From positions 23,729,432 through 23,793,431 of the forward strand of contig NC_092679.1 of assembly GCF_964355755.1 (NCBI RefSeq): a DNA stretch of 64,000 bases. The letters run 5' to 3'. Made by a program: the position numbers and the translations under genes. Shown here piece after piece: positions 14,501 through 28,900 of the stretch (its first letter is position 1; each line of letters begins with the position of its first letter). The DNA is from Antedon mediterranea. Taxonomy: Eukaryota > Animalia > Echinodermata. The notes beneath the pieces were generated by a model. It was not told where the DNA came from and made no database searches. It was given only the letters and a program-made list of their open reading frames with translations.

Positions 14501-16459
14501 TTACCAAATCTTGTAATTGAAAGTTGAGTTAAATGTAGAATTAACATATATCGTATTAAAAAGACGTGTAAAGGTTAATACAAAAGTTAATGTAAATTAT
14601 AAACCCACGTGTTTTACACTTCCAGATAGAATGTACATGCTCTGTAGTTGAAGACCGCACAAATCAAGATTCTCGTCATTTAAAAGGCCGGTCACAAGTG
14701 ATCCAGTTTTTCTCCACATCATCAACTTGGAACGAAGTATAGCCTCTGTGAAGTCAGACATATCTACTCTCTCAACAGTACCACCAGATAGATCAATCAA
14801 AGCTTCAGGGATATCAAATGTACAATCCATCGCCTCGTAACGTAATAAAAGCCTTCATTATAAAACAAAAACAAAATATGTTGTTTGTTTGTTAGTTTGT
14901 TAATAGGATGGATAGTCAGCAGTGTCCTTTTCACTCGAGCTACTGTGAAAACTACTCAGTTCTCATAATATGAGAGCTTTTCAAAGTGCTGGAGAATGGA
15001 GCAGTGACAAGGGTTTTCCTGCGCTATCTTCAGATTGAATTTTGTTATTTTAAGAATGTTTCTCTTTGTTGGTGTAAACTATTTGTATTAGGTGCTATAA
15101 GACTATCATTATCAAATTAGCAAACTACTATTCTGTTCCCCTTAAAAAGCACGATCCATGTCAACATGTATGAGCATGGATACAATTATTCATGGTAGAC
15201 CTAGTTTCCCAAAAGCTTAATTTTGATTTAAGGAGTGTAAGTTGAGATGGAATTGAAGTTTTGAAGAATATACGGTAATTGTGATTATAACTGTACCCTT
15301 AGGCTTCACAACGTTGTTTCTAAAATCTAAAGTAGTTACACGTTTTGATACTGCAGAAGTTGGAATATGCATTGTCTTTGGTAGAGGGAGGTAATCATGA
15401 TAAAAATGATCATAAACAGATACGATTCTTTTCAAAGTGTTTAAACATTTAGGACTTTATTATTTTATCTCGGGTATTGTTGTGATGGTGACTTGCAGTA
15501 AAAGTGTAAAAGAACACTTACTTTGCCAATGCCTTTTCCATGAGAGGAGCCCAGAATTCATCTTTTGATTGGCAGCGACTGAACATCAGTTTACCATCCA
15601 GTGTTGGCAGTTGATCGTCAATGACAATTTCATACCAGGATCCAAATCTCCAAAATCTGAATCTAAAGATGCCTTTATAGTCGTCTTTGAACGACTGTTC
15701 TGGACAGACGTAGTTGAGTACGGACGGAACAAGCGTCATCCCTGCCAATGCATTCATGAATGACGCGTTTGCTGTAGGAAAATTGAGTGAACTCAAACGT
15801 TACAGTGTAGTTTGTTGCAAAGCGTTTCGCCTCCATTGCCTATTAATTGTAAAAGAACTTTATACTGAATTTATAAATTAAAGACGCCAAAGTCTTACCA
15901 AGGCCCTCGTCTCTGGCTAAAATAACCTCATTAAAGGATGCTCCATCTTTAAAAAAGAAGGGTTCCTGCTTGCCTTCTAAGATTTCCTAAGAGAAAACAC
16001 GGTTTTGTCAGTTTATTTTTGGATGGAATCCAAATGTTAGGCCTAGTTAAAAGGCAGCAGATTGAAATTTTCTAGCTAGCTTCTATGCCCTAGGCCGTTG
16101 CAAATAAACATTGTGTGGGTTCCATGGAGTAGTTACTTCCATATAGTTACCGCCTTAATAAATTATGGCGAATAATATTGCATACCCATGAATATGCCTA
16201 GTACAATTGATAATGTTAGTTATTGTAAGTAGTACTATTTATATTGAATAGAAACGCTTACTTTTGGACGTAGCCACCTGATGTCATTTCGCCTCTCGTA
16301 TAAGTCAAACAAATATGTATCTTCTTTAATGAATATAGACTCGTTACATGCCTTAAAACATGGATCTTTGAATAGGTTGTCCCTATTGTACTGACTATCT
16401 TCTATCAGATCGGCGTAGTTTTGGCCACAAATTGTGTTTAATTTGATGGACTTAGCCAT
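5574..16459 (-). CDS. Calpain-like protein, copy B (CysPc + C2-like + penta-EF-hand), predicted catalytically inactive, about 680 aa
   Basis: 18 exons: 16459-16262, 15986-15899, 15771-15522, 14852-14609, 13944-13850, 13611-13534, 13225-13065, 12688-12552, 11918-11713, 11501-11459, 10832-10767, 8090-8033, 7858-7800, 7418-7350, 6843-6765, 6474-6358, 5841-5783, 5609-5574. Sum is 2043 nt with no internal stop. Motifs: [43 protein letters not shown] and EF-loop [12 protein letters not shown]. The last exon ([11 protein letters not shown]) is the least certain. Confidence 0.88.
5870..6152. repeat. Degenerate (GAT/GGAT)n microsatellite in a calpain intron; counterpart at ~20460-20750
   Basis: Runs of gatgatgat/ggatgga are directly visible. 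Confidence 0.9.
7419..7799 (-). other. U12-type (minor spliceosome) GT-AG intron in calpain B
   Basis: 5' splice site GTATCCTTTT. A branch-like TTCCTTAAG lies about 13 nt before the AG, and there is no long polypyrimidine tract. Confidence 0.85.
8349..10741 (-). mobile_element. 5'-truncated, frameshifted LINE (CR1-group: L2/Crack/Daphne-like) reverse transcriptase in intron 11 of calpain B
   Basis: ORF pieces 10743-9775, 9755-9285, 9273-8581 carry KSPGID, NYRPIS, FIDLSKAFDTIDH, GVPQGSLLGPLLF and YADDT. There is a (TTGAA)n 3' tail, with ATTC at both ends (8345-8348, 10742-10745). The empty site taatattc|cttatgcc is present in copy C at ~22938. Confidence 0.93.
11291..11420. mobile_element. 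PIF/Harbinger-like MITE (degenerate); paralogous copy ~23457-23592
   Basis: gctcagtctacactatcaaact...tttgatagtgcagataaagc terminal inverted repeats. Confidence 0.7.
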
Positions 16460-19400
16460 GTCTCAATAGACTTATAATCCAAAATGAATCGTAATATCAG
16501 ATGAGAGCAGCTTTAATACTGAACAAACCACCACATCATTACAATAAAAGCTATTGTATTTTCATTGGGTTATTATGATTGTGTGACGTCAAACAATAAG
16601 TTCAATTTTAATGGTACATCATAAGCAGTAACTTATATATGTAACCAATATACCGTAAGAAAAGACATATTGGAATTTAATTATGGAATAACAATAGTAC
16701 TGCATATTATCATTAGGGGCAGTTTAAAGAGATTATTCTAAGGATAGCAATTTTCTATAACGCTACCATTTGTGTGTGTACTGTAAATTTAGATTTATTT
16801 TTATTACAAAATAAAAAGGTTTTCAATTTAACATATGCATTTAATTGTTATGTATTTATGCTCCCTGAATACGCTTTTATGGCAATAATATTTAATTGTT
16901 TATCTTCGTTCTTTAAAAAATGTACTGATAGTAATTGCAGTTAGTCCCATCGGAAACCAGCTTGCGATTTCAATACATACATTATTGAAAAAAATTAATG
17001 TTCAAAAATATTCTGTAAAACTACGTCATAGTTGGGCAAATGTCTTATCTTGCTTAACAATCTACAATTAGGTTTATCCAATTCGACATTTTAATATAAT
17101 GCCGCTTTTGAATAATTCTATATGCATAACTTGTATTTATACATTTTGTAAACTTGAACTCCAGCCTAGTGAAACACGCAAAAATGTATAATTATCTTTC
17201 TAAGGGAGATAATGAGGTAGATATACTCTAATAGTATATTGTGTGTCGTGTATGTTTGAAGATGTAGGCATATAGTGTAGGACTTGTAACAACGAGGCAA
17301 TGTAACTGTCAAAGAAGGATGAGTCTATTGGCGGTATCTACAAAAGAAGAAACAAGATGTTTGATACCCGCGATATCTAATCTTATTATGATCTCTCCTT
17401 ATTATTTTGGACAAGACTAATTCCAGATTTAAGTAGTCGTCCTACCATTGTTTTAAATGATGTCTTCGTGTTTTGTTTGATCAACTGAAATAAGAATTCT
17501 GTTCCGTCATAACCGTATGTGATGCATGAAGATAAATGTAATTTTTCGGTTGACTTATGGAATTATATATACGAATGGTTTGATCGAAATTGCTATTGAA
17601 TAAATTGAAAGAACGCTCATCATTTTTACCACCTTAGTTACCACAAAGGACTGCCTGAATAATATCATAGGAAAATATATAATATCTCTATGGTAATATC
17701 GATTTAAATATTAACAAAATATTGAACTAATTCTAGTAAGTAGTAGTAATCTAGTAAGTGAAATATTTTTAAATATTATAAAATCTTGGTTTGTTTATTT
17801 ACCTATTGTTATTATTTTTTCGTCTTGTTATTGTTAAATATATAATGCAGGTTATTGTGTTCCAAATCATAAACAGACGGAGCATGCGCTCTCTCGAGGG
17901 TTTGCTGAAAAAAAGGTCAAAGTTCAATTCAATTCAATTCAAGAAACATTTATTGACCAACAATATTATATCATAACAATGGTTGGCATATAATATATAT
18001 AGTCGAGAGACTACAAAAGACAAACATTTTTTAAATGAGAGTCACCTGAACAGCTAGAAAGCGGCAAAACGGCCAATATCACAAGGATTTGAAAGATGAA
18101 CATCTTTTTACACAATTCTGTATAAACGCTAAACTTTACCTCCGACAGTTCGTACTGTGTCTGGTTAACGTTAATATAGCATGTTTTGTTGGCTTTATAA
18201 CATACCTGATTGTATTCTTGCAGTGTGATTGGTCAATTACGCATCATGTGTTATTTAGCTTTTTGTAAGTATTTTGAGCATTTTGCCCGTCGACGTTTTT
18301 GACTCTGATCGAATTCGAACATCAACTTGTTGTGCACGCCGTCTATAACGGCTCAACTCAGCGTCCAAAGTTGAATGGCCTAGCTTCCCGAACTAGCATT
18401 CGTCAATGATTTACATTGAATATAGGCCTAAGTAGGTGTGTTATAAAATAAATAGTGCATTTTTTTATTTGGTCAACGGCGGATCTGGTCAATTTCGCCT
18501 AGATAAAATTTGAGTCGTCAGTTTTTCAACTCATGAATTATTTTCACCATCAAACTCATAAACAAGCTCTCCTATGATTGCCACATCTGCTTTATTCTGC
18601 TTTATCTGCATCACTTTTACAAAACATTCCCAATTATTGAGTTATAACTCAACGTGTTCAACCTTTTTTTTTGTACAAGAGTACTTTATGAATATGATTG
18701 AATGTCAGAATAACAATTATTTTCAAGACATCATCTGAGAAAGAAGTTATGCGATTGGAAAAACTTCATGCCGTAATGCTAAATGAATTGTCAAATTCAG
18801 CTTATCCTCAGAGACCTAGATCAATTTATGAACGCATTTTACTTACAGATATTTTTACCATTGCGTGAATTTTAGTTATTTAGATAAATCACATATAAAT
18901 GATATTTGTTTTATATTTCAAGCATTGTGATATAGAACTTAGAAAGTTGATGGATGTCATATACCTCTATGATAAAATTAATTGAAAAACCATCCTAAAT
19001 TAAATTGTCGCTTGTGATTGGTTAACTTGAGTCACGCAAAGCTTTTTTACCGATTTCCAATACAAAACTATTATACCATTGTTATTATTAGTGACGATTG
19101 ACGTGTCCTGAAGTGTACCAAGAAGGCAAAAAAAAAAAACAACAGGCATACCACTCCATTGCAAATGGTATGGCCAAGTGGTGATCTGACAGTGAGTTAT
19201 AAATTGTGTTACTTTAACGAGTTATTACATTAGACTATAAAGTTGTTGCTCTTAGTTAAGTCAATCCACACCCTGAATGCATAAAACAATAGAAATTAGA
19301 CAAGTTTTTGTTCCATAGAATAATCATTTATGCTGTCTTTGATAAAAATGATTTTTTTTTTAATCCAATCCAATGACTTCATGATAAATAAAAACAATAA

Positions 19401-22400
19401 AATCGTTGTAGTCAAGATATTATTACTCTTACTAATCATGACGTCATTTGATTGGACGTGTGAAAATATCATTTTCATCAAAGACAACATAGATGCTTAT
19501 CCTATAGTTATAGGATGAAAATTTATAAAATTCTCATTTGTTTCAGGTATGAAAAATGCATATTTATCAATTTATCGTCGATCGTTGTCGTTCTAGTGTG
19601 TGAATGAGCATTAGGTCTACCCTTACCGGTTATTAAGTGTTTATTTGTAGACGTGCACTATACCGTATATCGATCAGATTAGTAGTGTTATAGTTTTAAT
19701 AGTAGTTGTTGTAATACTCGCTGCACTTGGTTACGCCAGTAGTTCAGTACATAAGATGTAGAATTAAAATAAAAACTATGCTATATTTATTTATATATTC
19801 TGGTGTCTTAAACTTGCTGTTACTTCTTTCCGAGATTAAAGCTTGGCACATATTTCGAGCAACTGAAAAAAAGAATAAACATTTTACTGTACTTCCAGAT
19901 CTTCCGAAAGCTACAAGTTAGTTTGATTCGACAAATATTCGAATAAGATTGTTTTCATTCATTTCATTAAATTTTGAATTTTTAATCGTTTGTATAGGCC
20001 ATACGAACTGTATTACTGTAAAATTTACGGTTATTAATTTGGAAAATGTAAGAAGTACATTAACAAAAAAAACTTTAAAATTTAACAGTTTTTTACAGGG
20101 TAAACCTACTGTACAGTTCATTTCAAGTTTTATATAATTAATTTAGATTGCAATGCATATACTTTAACACCAGTTATTGACTACCTTTGAAACGACTATC
20201 TATAAGAATACATGTGTATATTTATTTCTAATATTTTATTAAAAGTGTACACGTTATTGCTTAAAAAAACCCCAAAACAACTATGCCTGTTTGAGAGCAA
20301 TGCGTAAAGTATTAGTTATTATAAAGAACTTTAGAACCATTATATTATTCATTATTAGTCTAATATTACTTACGTCTTCAAGTGTAAATTCCAGAGATTT
20401 CTCATTTGTTCCACCGAGCTTTTCAAATTTTCCTGCATAGTAAAAAGATGGTAGAATTTTGATGGATGAATGAGGATGGATGGATGATGATGACGATGAG
20501 GAGGATGATGGATGGAATGATGATGAGGATGATGATGATAATTAATGGGTGATGGATGAATGATGATGGGTGGATGATTTATGGATGGTTAATGATGATG
20601 AAAGATGATGACGACGAAGAGGAAGATGATTAGAGAATTTGGTGCTTAGGATGATGAATGATGAGGATGATAGGTGACAATTGATGAGGATGATGGATCA
20701 GGATGATGGATGTTGGTGGACGATGATTGATGATGATGATGATGATGACGAGATATAATGTAGGCCACTGGCAGAGTTCGTGCTTGATGGCTATGGCTTA
20801 GAGTCGAACCCAGGTAAGCAAGATATCTGATTCACACGGGCACTCTGGATCTTACAGTGTTACAACGCTTTTACACGGAATGTAAACACATTTGTAAGAT
20901 GTGTATAAAATGTGAATTTGTGTAAAAAGAGTAAGAGTTTGAATAGGCTACTTACTGATAACGTAGCGAATCTTTGAAACCATTAGGAAAAATTCGTCGT
21001 ATGTAATCTTATTATCACTGCCAACGTACCGGCTCACTAGGTGCTGCAGTACAGCGTCACTGGTTTTAAGACCTGAAACAGAATCCGTTGAATAGTTTAA
21101 AAAATGGTTCTTCGTTTGCATTTAATAAACTGTAAATATTGCATAGTATTTAAATATATATGTACGTTCAAGACTGCCGCTTTTAAAAAAAGGCGTGTGT
21201 TCAAATAAATGTATATACAATTATTAGTCATGTCGTACGAAAGGCATATCAAAGTCTTAATGAATGGTTGTATCCAATTAGAGGTTGAGGACTCGGTGAT
21301 GAAGTGACGGGACGGGAGTTTAAAAAAACCCGCGCTCCTACCCACTGGTCACTACCGTAGATACCTGCTCGTGACAATGCATCTCGTAACTCGCTCACAT
21401 CAAGAGTTTTGCTTTCGTCCTTATCAGCTCGAAGAAACATCATCTGAAATCAGAAACAAAGTCTAAACATTTAGACGATGCGCTAGCCATAATCACGTAG
21501 GCCTAAGGTCTAAAGCGAAGCTAAGTTCGAATGGATGTATCCATTTAAACTTGCCAACTTTGTATTGGTAATGTTTTACAACAAAATGGAGTTGACTCAG
21601 TCAAATCCGTCTCATATGCCACTGAGTAATATTAAATGAATATGATTTTTTACTTGGCGAAATAAAATGTTGTCAATTATAGTAGGCATCTACTTGCTTT
21701 GTTTGCCTGTTTAGTTGTACGATATTGTTTAAGTTATTGTCCTGTATAATTGTTGACGTTAATAGATATCATACCTATCAGGAAAATTGATATATTGGTA
21801 AATTATTATATTGATATCTCCAGTTACCCGTATCTTAGCCGAAATATTTAATAGCCTGCCCTCTGTCGCTCTACATTTTGCCAAGTGTTGTATTTCGCTG
21901 TATCTATTATTATATTAATTATTGGTACTTACATCACAGTAAAATGACCATGCTCCAATAGCAATGCCTTCATTGACAGAAAGTTTCCGAGAATCGTCTT
22001 CCTATAGTTTTAAGCTTAAGGAATTTAGACAAAAAACTTGCACTTCTTTACCGTATACCATCAATAGATCTTATAGATGTAGGCCTAAGTCTCCATCCAT
22101 GTTCAGTTCAAGATAAAATAATTCATTATTGACATGACCAGAAACATACAGGAAGGGTAGCATACACTTTTTGGCGCTCTCAATGTTATTTATTTCTAGA
22201 GACAATATGTTAAATCGTGAAATATGTTAACCATTTTGATCAGAGCATGAATTTCTTTCCATTTGATGATGGTAGACGATGATGGTGCCCACATTGGTTA
22301 CAGGGAAGCCTGATCCGAATCATCCCAGTTTCCTATTTTACATTTCAAATATTTTTGCAAAACTTTGTTAACAAAAGGATACGTCAAACAGTGAGGCAAT

Positions 22401-22938
22401 AGCTGCCGACGTCTCATGTGATATGTCAGAAGGAATGATATCTATAAGAAATAATATTTTTTATTACATTACAATTTATTATTATTATCTAGACATAGAC
22501 AGATGATCATTAGAAACTGTCGAATATAATTATGCCAAATATGACTTCACTTTAAATGTTACATAATACATAATAAAGAATTTATTGTGGTGGCGTACTG
22601 AGACATATAACATACTTTCTTGTTTCCAACGTACAAAGAAGTTATCCAGTTCTGAGTTGTCCATCAACCCGTCCTGTAAGATGTAATTGGGTTTAACTGT
22701 TTACGGCTGGAATGCATTATACTGCATGAACACAGCATCTTCATACCATTTATCAAATTTGCTAACATTTACGTATCATTTTTTTATAATGTCTATCTTA
22801 CAACTTTATTAAATCATACTTGATTTGTGGAACCCTTTCTCTGCTTTCAAGATGTAATGCTTTGTAAATGTTTATATTTTATATAACAATAAATCAATTT
22901 AAAGCCAGAGTTAATGGATCTAAGGCAAATTAATATTC
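14582..22938. repeat. Tandem segmental duplication, right copy
   Basis: Matches 1-8348. Homology continues more divergently between 10746-14581 and ~22939-27270. Confidence 0.95.
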
Positions 22939-25900
22939 CTTATGCCACTACTGACTTACCTCTCCAGCATATTCTTCAAAGACTGATTGAATGATTTCAA
23001 CCATCATTGGGTCAAGCGTTTTATTCTAAAATAAAGTAAAACATTGTATATATTATAATTACGATCTAGTATAGCAACAATGCTGCTGCTGTGATTGGTG
23101 GGTTGCTCTTCTTGTGTTTTATTTTTGTTTCTGTTTATTTGTCTGAATACAGGGTTCTCTGGGAGAACAGTCTTTAACTAAAGAGGTCCCCAGTAAAAAT
23201 AAGAAATACATAAAAGAAAAATAAAGACAGATAATCAGGGATGTTACTGTTTTGAATAGTATTATGACCAATGCATTTGGCCGTTTTGTAAACCTGACCT
23301 GTATTCTTCAATTGTATATAGGCAATAGGCAAATACCGTAATTTGTATAATAGATTATAGACACATGATATTGTTTTTACTCTGATCTTTAGTGAATTAA
23401 AAAATAATAAATGTAACGAACATGATTGTGATACGGTATCACGAAACTTTCCTAATGCTCAGTCTACACTATCAAACTAGTTTGACAACAAAGTGTGATG
23501 TGACCAAATATGGTAGTGATATGACATTTTTACATCCGGTGCACTTCACATTTGTTTTTGCCACATAAAGTTTGATAGTGCAGAAAAAGATTGACACAAA
23601 AGACACAAATACTTTTTTTAGAATACACCTACCTCTGATAACGTTGAAGTGTAAAACGATGTGCTGTTTGCCGATCTAAAATTATATTAATACTCAAAGG
23701 TATAAATGCTCAAATCAAGCTAGATTTTTTCGAGGTTTCCGTTATAAATGCATTTACGGATATAGAAACTACCAAAAACTGTACATAATTGTGAAATATT
23801 TCTAGTAGATATGCAAAAAAATAAAAATCTGCGAAAGATAATGCATTTAATCTGCAGACCATTTGTAGAGTATTACAAATTACATTGATGTTTTAGTTAA
23901 CAATGAGTACAATACCGTATACTTACTTGGTCTTTGAAAAAGCTCTGCAAAAGAAACGCAAAAGGAACGGAAATGCTTTGTCTTTTTCAAACGTTGAAGG
24001 AATGATGACGTAATTACCCGGACCAAGATCCATGAACAGAGCAGCTTCTCGTATTCCTAGTTTGTGTTCAAATGAATGTAGTGGTTTGCTTGTTTGAATG
24101 AACTCCATATCCACTGGACATCCATCTTCTGTCTGTGAGTTAAAAACTATTATTGTAACTAAGAGGGTACAACAACAGAATATTTCGAAGGAAAGATATT
24201 ACAAGAGGTATAAAAAATTGAATTGAAAGAATGAATAAAGGTGTTAACCACGAAAGATTAAAAAAAAATGTAATTGTAAATATTTGTATTTTTGGCTGGG
24301 CTAGCCATAAATGCTTCTCATTTACAATTTCACTGCGCATTTCTGTAGCGCTTTGACCACATTTGGTGGAAAAGTGACCACAAGTATTTAATGTTCATCT
24401 GAAATATGCTCCAGCTGAAACAGTACAATTCCGGCGCTAGTAAAGGCAAACCAATTCCATTGATCTACTGAGTTTCTCAAATTTTCGATTTCCAATAACT
24501 AAACCTAAAGGTATTTATGTACGTAGTTAAAGGATCTCAATGGAAATAAGATAATACGCTTTTTGGGATATCCTGGAAATGTATGATGATGATTTCCTAA
24601 TAAATACAAATCAAATCATGTCGGTAATATCAAAACAATGAATGAATCTTAATCAAAATAGTGTGTCATGGTCAAATTAATTCGGGAATCATTAAAACTA
24701 AATTTTAGAAAAAATTACTTTATACACATCAAACCCGAGATTAGAGTCTTCCCACCAGGATTCTTCTCTGTCTTTGCCAACTGCCATCAGAGAGACAACC
24801 ACCAAATCACCATTATTGTCAACTTTTATGTTGTACTGGGGGTTCTTGTGGAAATCTAAGGAAAGAGAGTGCAGTGGTATCATTTAACGGTTGCTTGTTA
24901 CACACTTGGTGTACACGAAACACATGCAGGGCACTTCAGTGGCAGTTTGAAGAACTCGCCTGTTTCTAGAAGATAAGGAAAGAGAGTGCAGTGGTATCAT
25001 TTAACGGTTGCTTGTTACACACTTGGTGCACACAAAACACATGCAGGGCACTTCAGTGGCAGTTTGAAGAACTCGCCTGTTTCTAGAATAACAATCGTAG
25101 AATTTTTTTTTAGTTTCTATTTTTAATGGTTTATTTAGATTGTAAATTGAGACGAATTTGAGATGTGATTTCCGGCTAGAGAGTGAGTCACTGCTAATTG
25201 TAGGCCTAGTGATTTCAGAGAGGTGAATCCCTGGGTAGTTTTAGTCTACTGCTGGAGGAAGATGTGATTGCAAAGAGGTGAATCCATGGGTAATTTTAGT
25301 CTACTGCTGGAGGAAGATGTGATTGCAAAAAGGTGAATCCATGGGTAATTTTAGTCTACTGCTGGAGGGAGATGTGATTGCAAAAAGATGAATCCATGGG
25401 TAATTTTAGTCTACTGCTGGAGGAAGATGTCATTGCAGAAAGGTGAATCCATGGGTAATTTTAGTCTACTGCTGGAGGGAGATGTCATTGCAGAAAGGTG
25501 AATCCATGGGTAATTTTAGTCTACTGCTGGAGGAAGATGTCATTGCAGAAAGGTGAATCCATGGGTAATTTTAATCTACTGCTGGAGGGAGATGTCATTG
25601 CAGAGAGGTGAGTCTCTCCAATTTTTTGATATTGTATCTCTTTATTTGTTGCATACTTTCTTTATTATTTTCATAACGTCCCATAGCAGTTGAACCTTTT
25701 TGCCATTTATTCAAATGTTCAGTCACGTGCCATTTCACATCTCTGTCAGACAGCTCTGGCGGGATGTGAAGAATTCTCAGCTCGTTGAATCTGTGCATGA
25801 TGTCTTTGAGATCCATCCTTAAATGAATGAAGCAAATGAATTTTGTTAATGCGCTGTTAAAATATTGGGGATGAGGTCAACGGCGTGCAAGTTCAATAGA

Positions 25901-28900
25901 CATGGCCGCATGCGTCTAAATAATTCTCAATTGGCATGGTTGGCTGTGCCATACCCATAGATAATAATTGAATTCAATGCTATTGCGTGTGCTTGGTTCG
26001 TGCGACAAATTTACTATCTTGTTTTCTAGTCGTTTTTCAATACAAAGCATTGCATAGACGCACGGTCAACCGTGCCGATGGATAATGATATAGCACGGCC
26101 GATAGTCTATTCCTAGTTTAGCTTCGGTTGAGTACAGTGGCTCACTTACCAGAAATCACCATCAACCTCACTTTTTATACCAAACTTTTTCTTGGTATCT
26201 TCATCCAAAGATTTCATTTCTTCTGACCTAAGATGTTAATGTAAATTGTTACGTTGTAATATGATTTTTTTCGTTCTTAAACAAAAAAAAATAATAAAAT
26301 TAATTGTACCTGACGTAACTGTATGACGATAACTCGTAACGAAAACTAGTTTTCAAATATGCAGTATATATCTTAGCGGAACAAGGTACAGTACGGTACA
26401 GTAGTAGGCCTAACACTATTCCAAAAGGAACTAAAAAAGAGATTTTCAAATTATGCAAACATTCAGAGGTTAGTATAAGTAGGCCTCTCTTGTGAGCAAT
26501 ATATTTCTTACTTGTCACCCCATGGTCCAGTCCATTCAGAGCGTTCTGTGCTTAGAATTCTGATGATACTTGCAGAGTTCATTTTACCATTGTTGTCATA
26601 CGTTACCTAAAGGTTCACAATAAGATAAGAAATGAAAGGATTTTTGGCTTATCAGTGTTGTAATATATTAATAACTAACTAACTAACTAATAAATACATT
26701 GTGACTACAAAAAACAATTTCATGAGGTGAAAGATGAAAGCATATATTTTCAGAAGGCGAATGAAATTATTTTGATACATTGAACGAACATTATTTGTTT
26801 ATAACAGACCATTCAAAATAAGACAACGTTCACATTTTTAACATTGAAATAGAACAATTAGGCGGCGCACACAGCCATATAATAATAATTGATCGAACGT
26901 GATCAGTCAACAACAGCCTGTGGGTGCACTGTGGAACAAAAATGAACGCGCAAAACGAAATGCAGTATCCGCATAATAATATAACGAAATGACGAAATTA
27001 GGAGTTAAACAGAATATTATTATTTATCTTTCAATCAAATGAAAATGTTCTATACGTTCTTATTGCATCATTATGATATTTATTGCTGCGTTGTATGATT
27101 GAAAACACACAACAGGGACACATCAAACAAACATCTAGGTAGGTTTAAATAAAACGTTATTTGAAATCATTAAGTTACCAATCTGGTAATAGAAAGTTGA
27201 GTTAAATGAAGAATTAGGATATATCGTATTAAAACGATGTCTACTGGTTAATAAAAAGTTAATCTTATGTAGATTATAAACCCACGTGTTTTACACTTCC
27301 AGATAGAATGTACAGGCTCTGTAGTTGAAGACCACACAAATCAAGATTTTCATAATTTAAAAAGCCGGTCACAAGTGATCCAGTTTTTCTCCACATCATC
27401 AACTTGGAACGAAGTATAGCCTCTGTGAAGTCAGAAATATCTACTCTCTCAACAGTACCACCAGATAGATCAATCAATGCTTCAGGGATTTCAAATGTAC
27501 AATCCATCGCTTCGTAACGTAATAAAAGCCTTCATTATACAAAAAAAAAAATATTTTTTTAATAGGATGGATAGTCAGAGAGTGTTTTCACTCGAGCTAC
27601 TGTTTCAGTTTCAGATTTTTCTTTCACACATAAATATAATACAATACACACATTTTTCTTTTTTTAGATATAAATGATAAAAAATGTGTGTGGAGATTGC
27701 ATTAAGCCAATTTGGCTTTAGGTCTGAACCTCCTGATGGTGACTTGCAGTAAAAGTGTAAAAGAACACTTACTTTGCCAATGCCTTTTCCATGAGAGGAG
27801 CCCAGAATTCATCTTTTGATTGGCAGCGACTGAACATCAATTTACCGTTCAGTGTTGGCAGTCGATCGTCAATGACAACTTCATACCACTTTCCAAATCT
27901 CCAGAATCTGAATCTAAAGATGCCTTTGTAGTTGTGTTTGAACGACTGTTCTGGACAGACGTAGTTGAGTACGGACGGAATAAGCGTCATCCCTGCCAAT
28001 GCGTTCATAAATGCTGAATTTACTGTAGGAAACAATTTAACAGAGAATGGTTTAAATGATGGAAGATGATACAGTACTTAAAGATGTCTTTATGATAACC
28101 GAGTGTTCTTGACAGACAAAGTTTAGTATGAACAAAATATGCGTCAACCATGCTAAATGCGTTCATAAATGACGCGTTTACTGTAGGAAATAATTTAACA
28201 TAATGACATAATTACATTACATTAGACATTTAATAATGGCGCTCTTAGAATGAACCAGGGCATAATGACAGCGATTTTTGTGGGAAAGAAGATAGCAGAA
28301 GAAGATGCGAATAATGTTTGGTAAATATATTTTCTTTAACTTTGAATAATCTTTTTTATAAACTCACCAAGACTTCCAACTTCTTTTACAATGACTTCAT
28401 TAAACGATGCCCCATCTTTGAAAAAGAAAGGTTGCTTGCCTCTTAAGATTTCCTATTAAACAATAATTTATCAATGTGTATTTGGTTCTAAATGTATGCC
28501 CCATCTCAGAAGAGAGACTTTATCTACAAAATCAAATAAAAGGAATGGAAATGTTTTTGTCAAAATACGAACGGATTATTCAAAGTAACTTTTTGTGCTA
28601 CAAGAAGTTACTTTGAATAATCCGTTAGTATTATGACGTGCTTTTATTTCTTGTGCTTCAAGAAGTTACTTTGAATAATCCGTTCGTATTTTGACGTGCT
28701 TTTATTTTTTGTGCTACAAGAAGTTACTTTGAATAATCCGTTCGTATTTTGACGTGCTTTTATTTTTTGTGCTACAAAAAGTTACTTTGAATAATCCGTT
28801 CGTATTTTGACGTGCTTTTATTTTTTGTGCTACAAGAAGTTACTTTGAATAATCCGTTCGTATTTTGACGTGCTTTTATTTTTTGTGCTACAAGAAGTTA

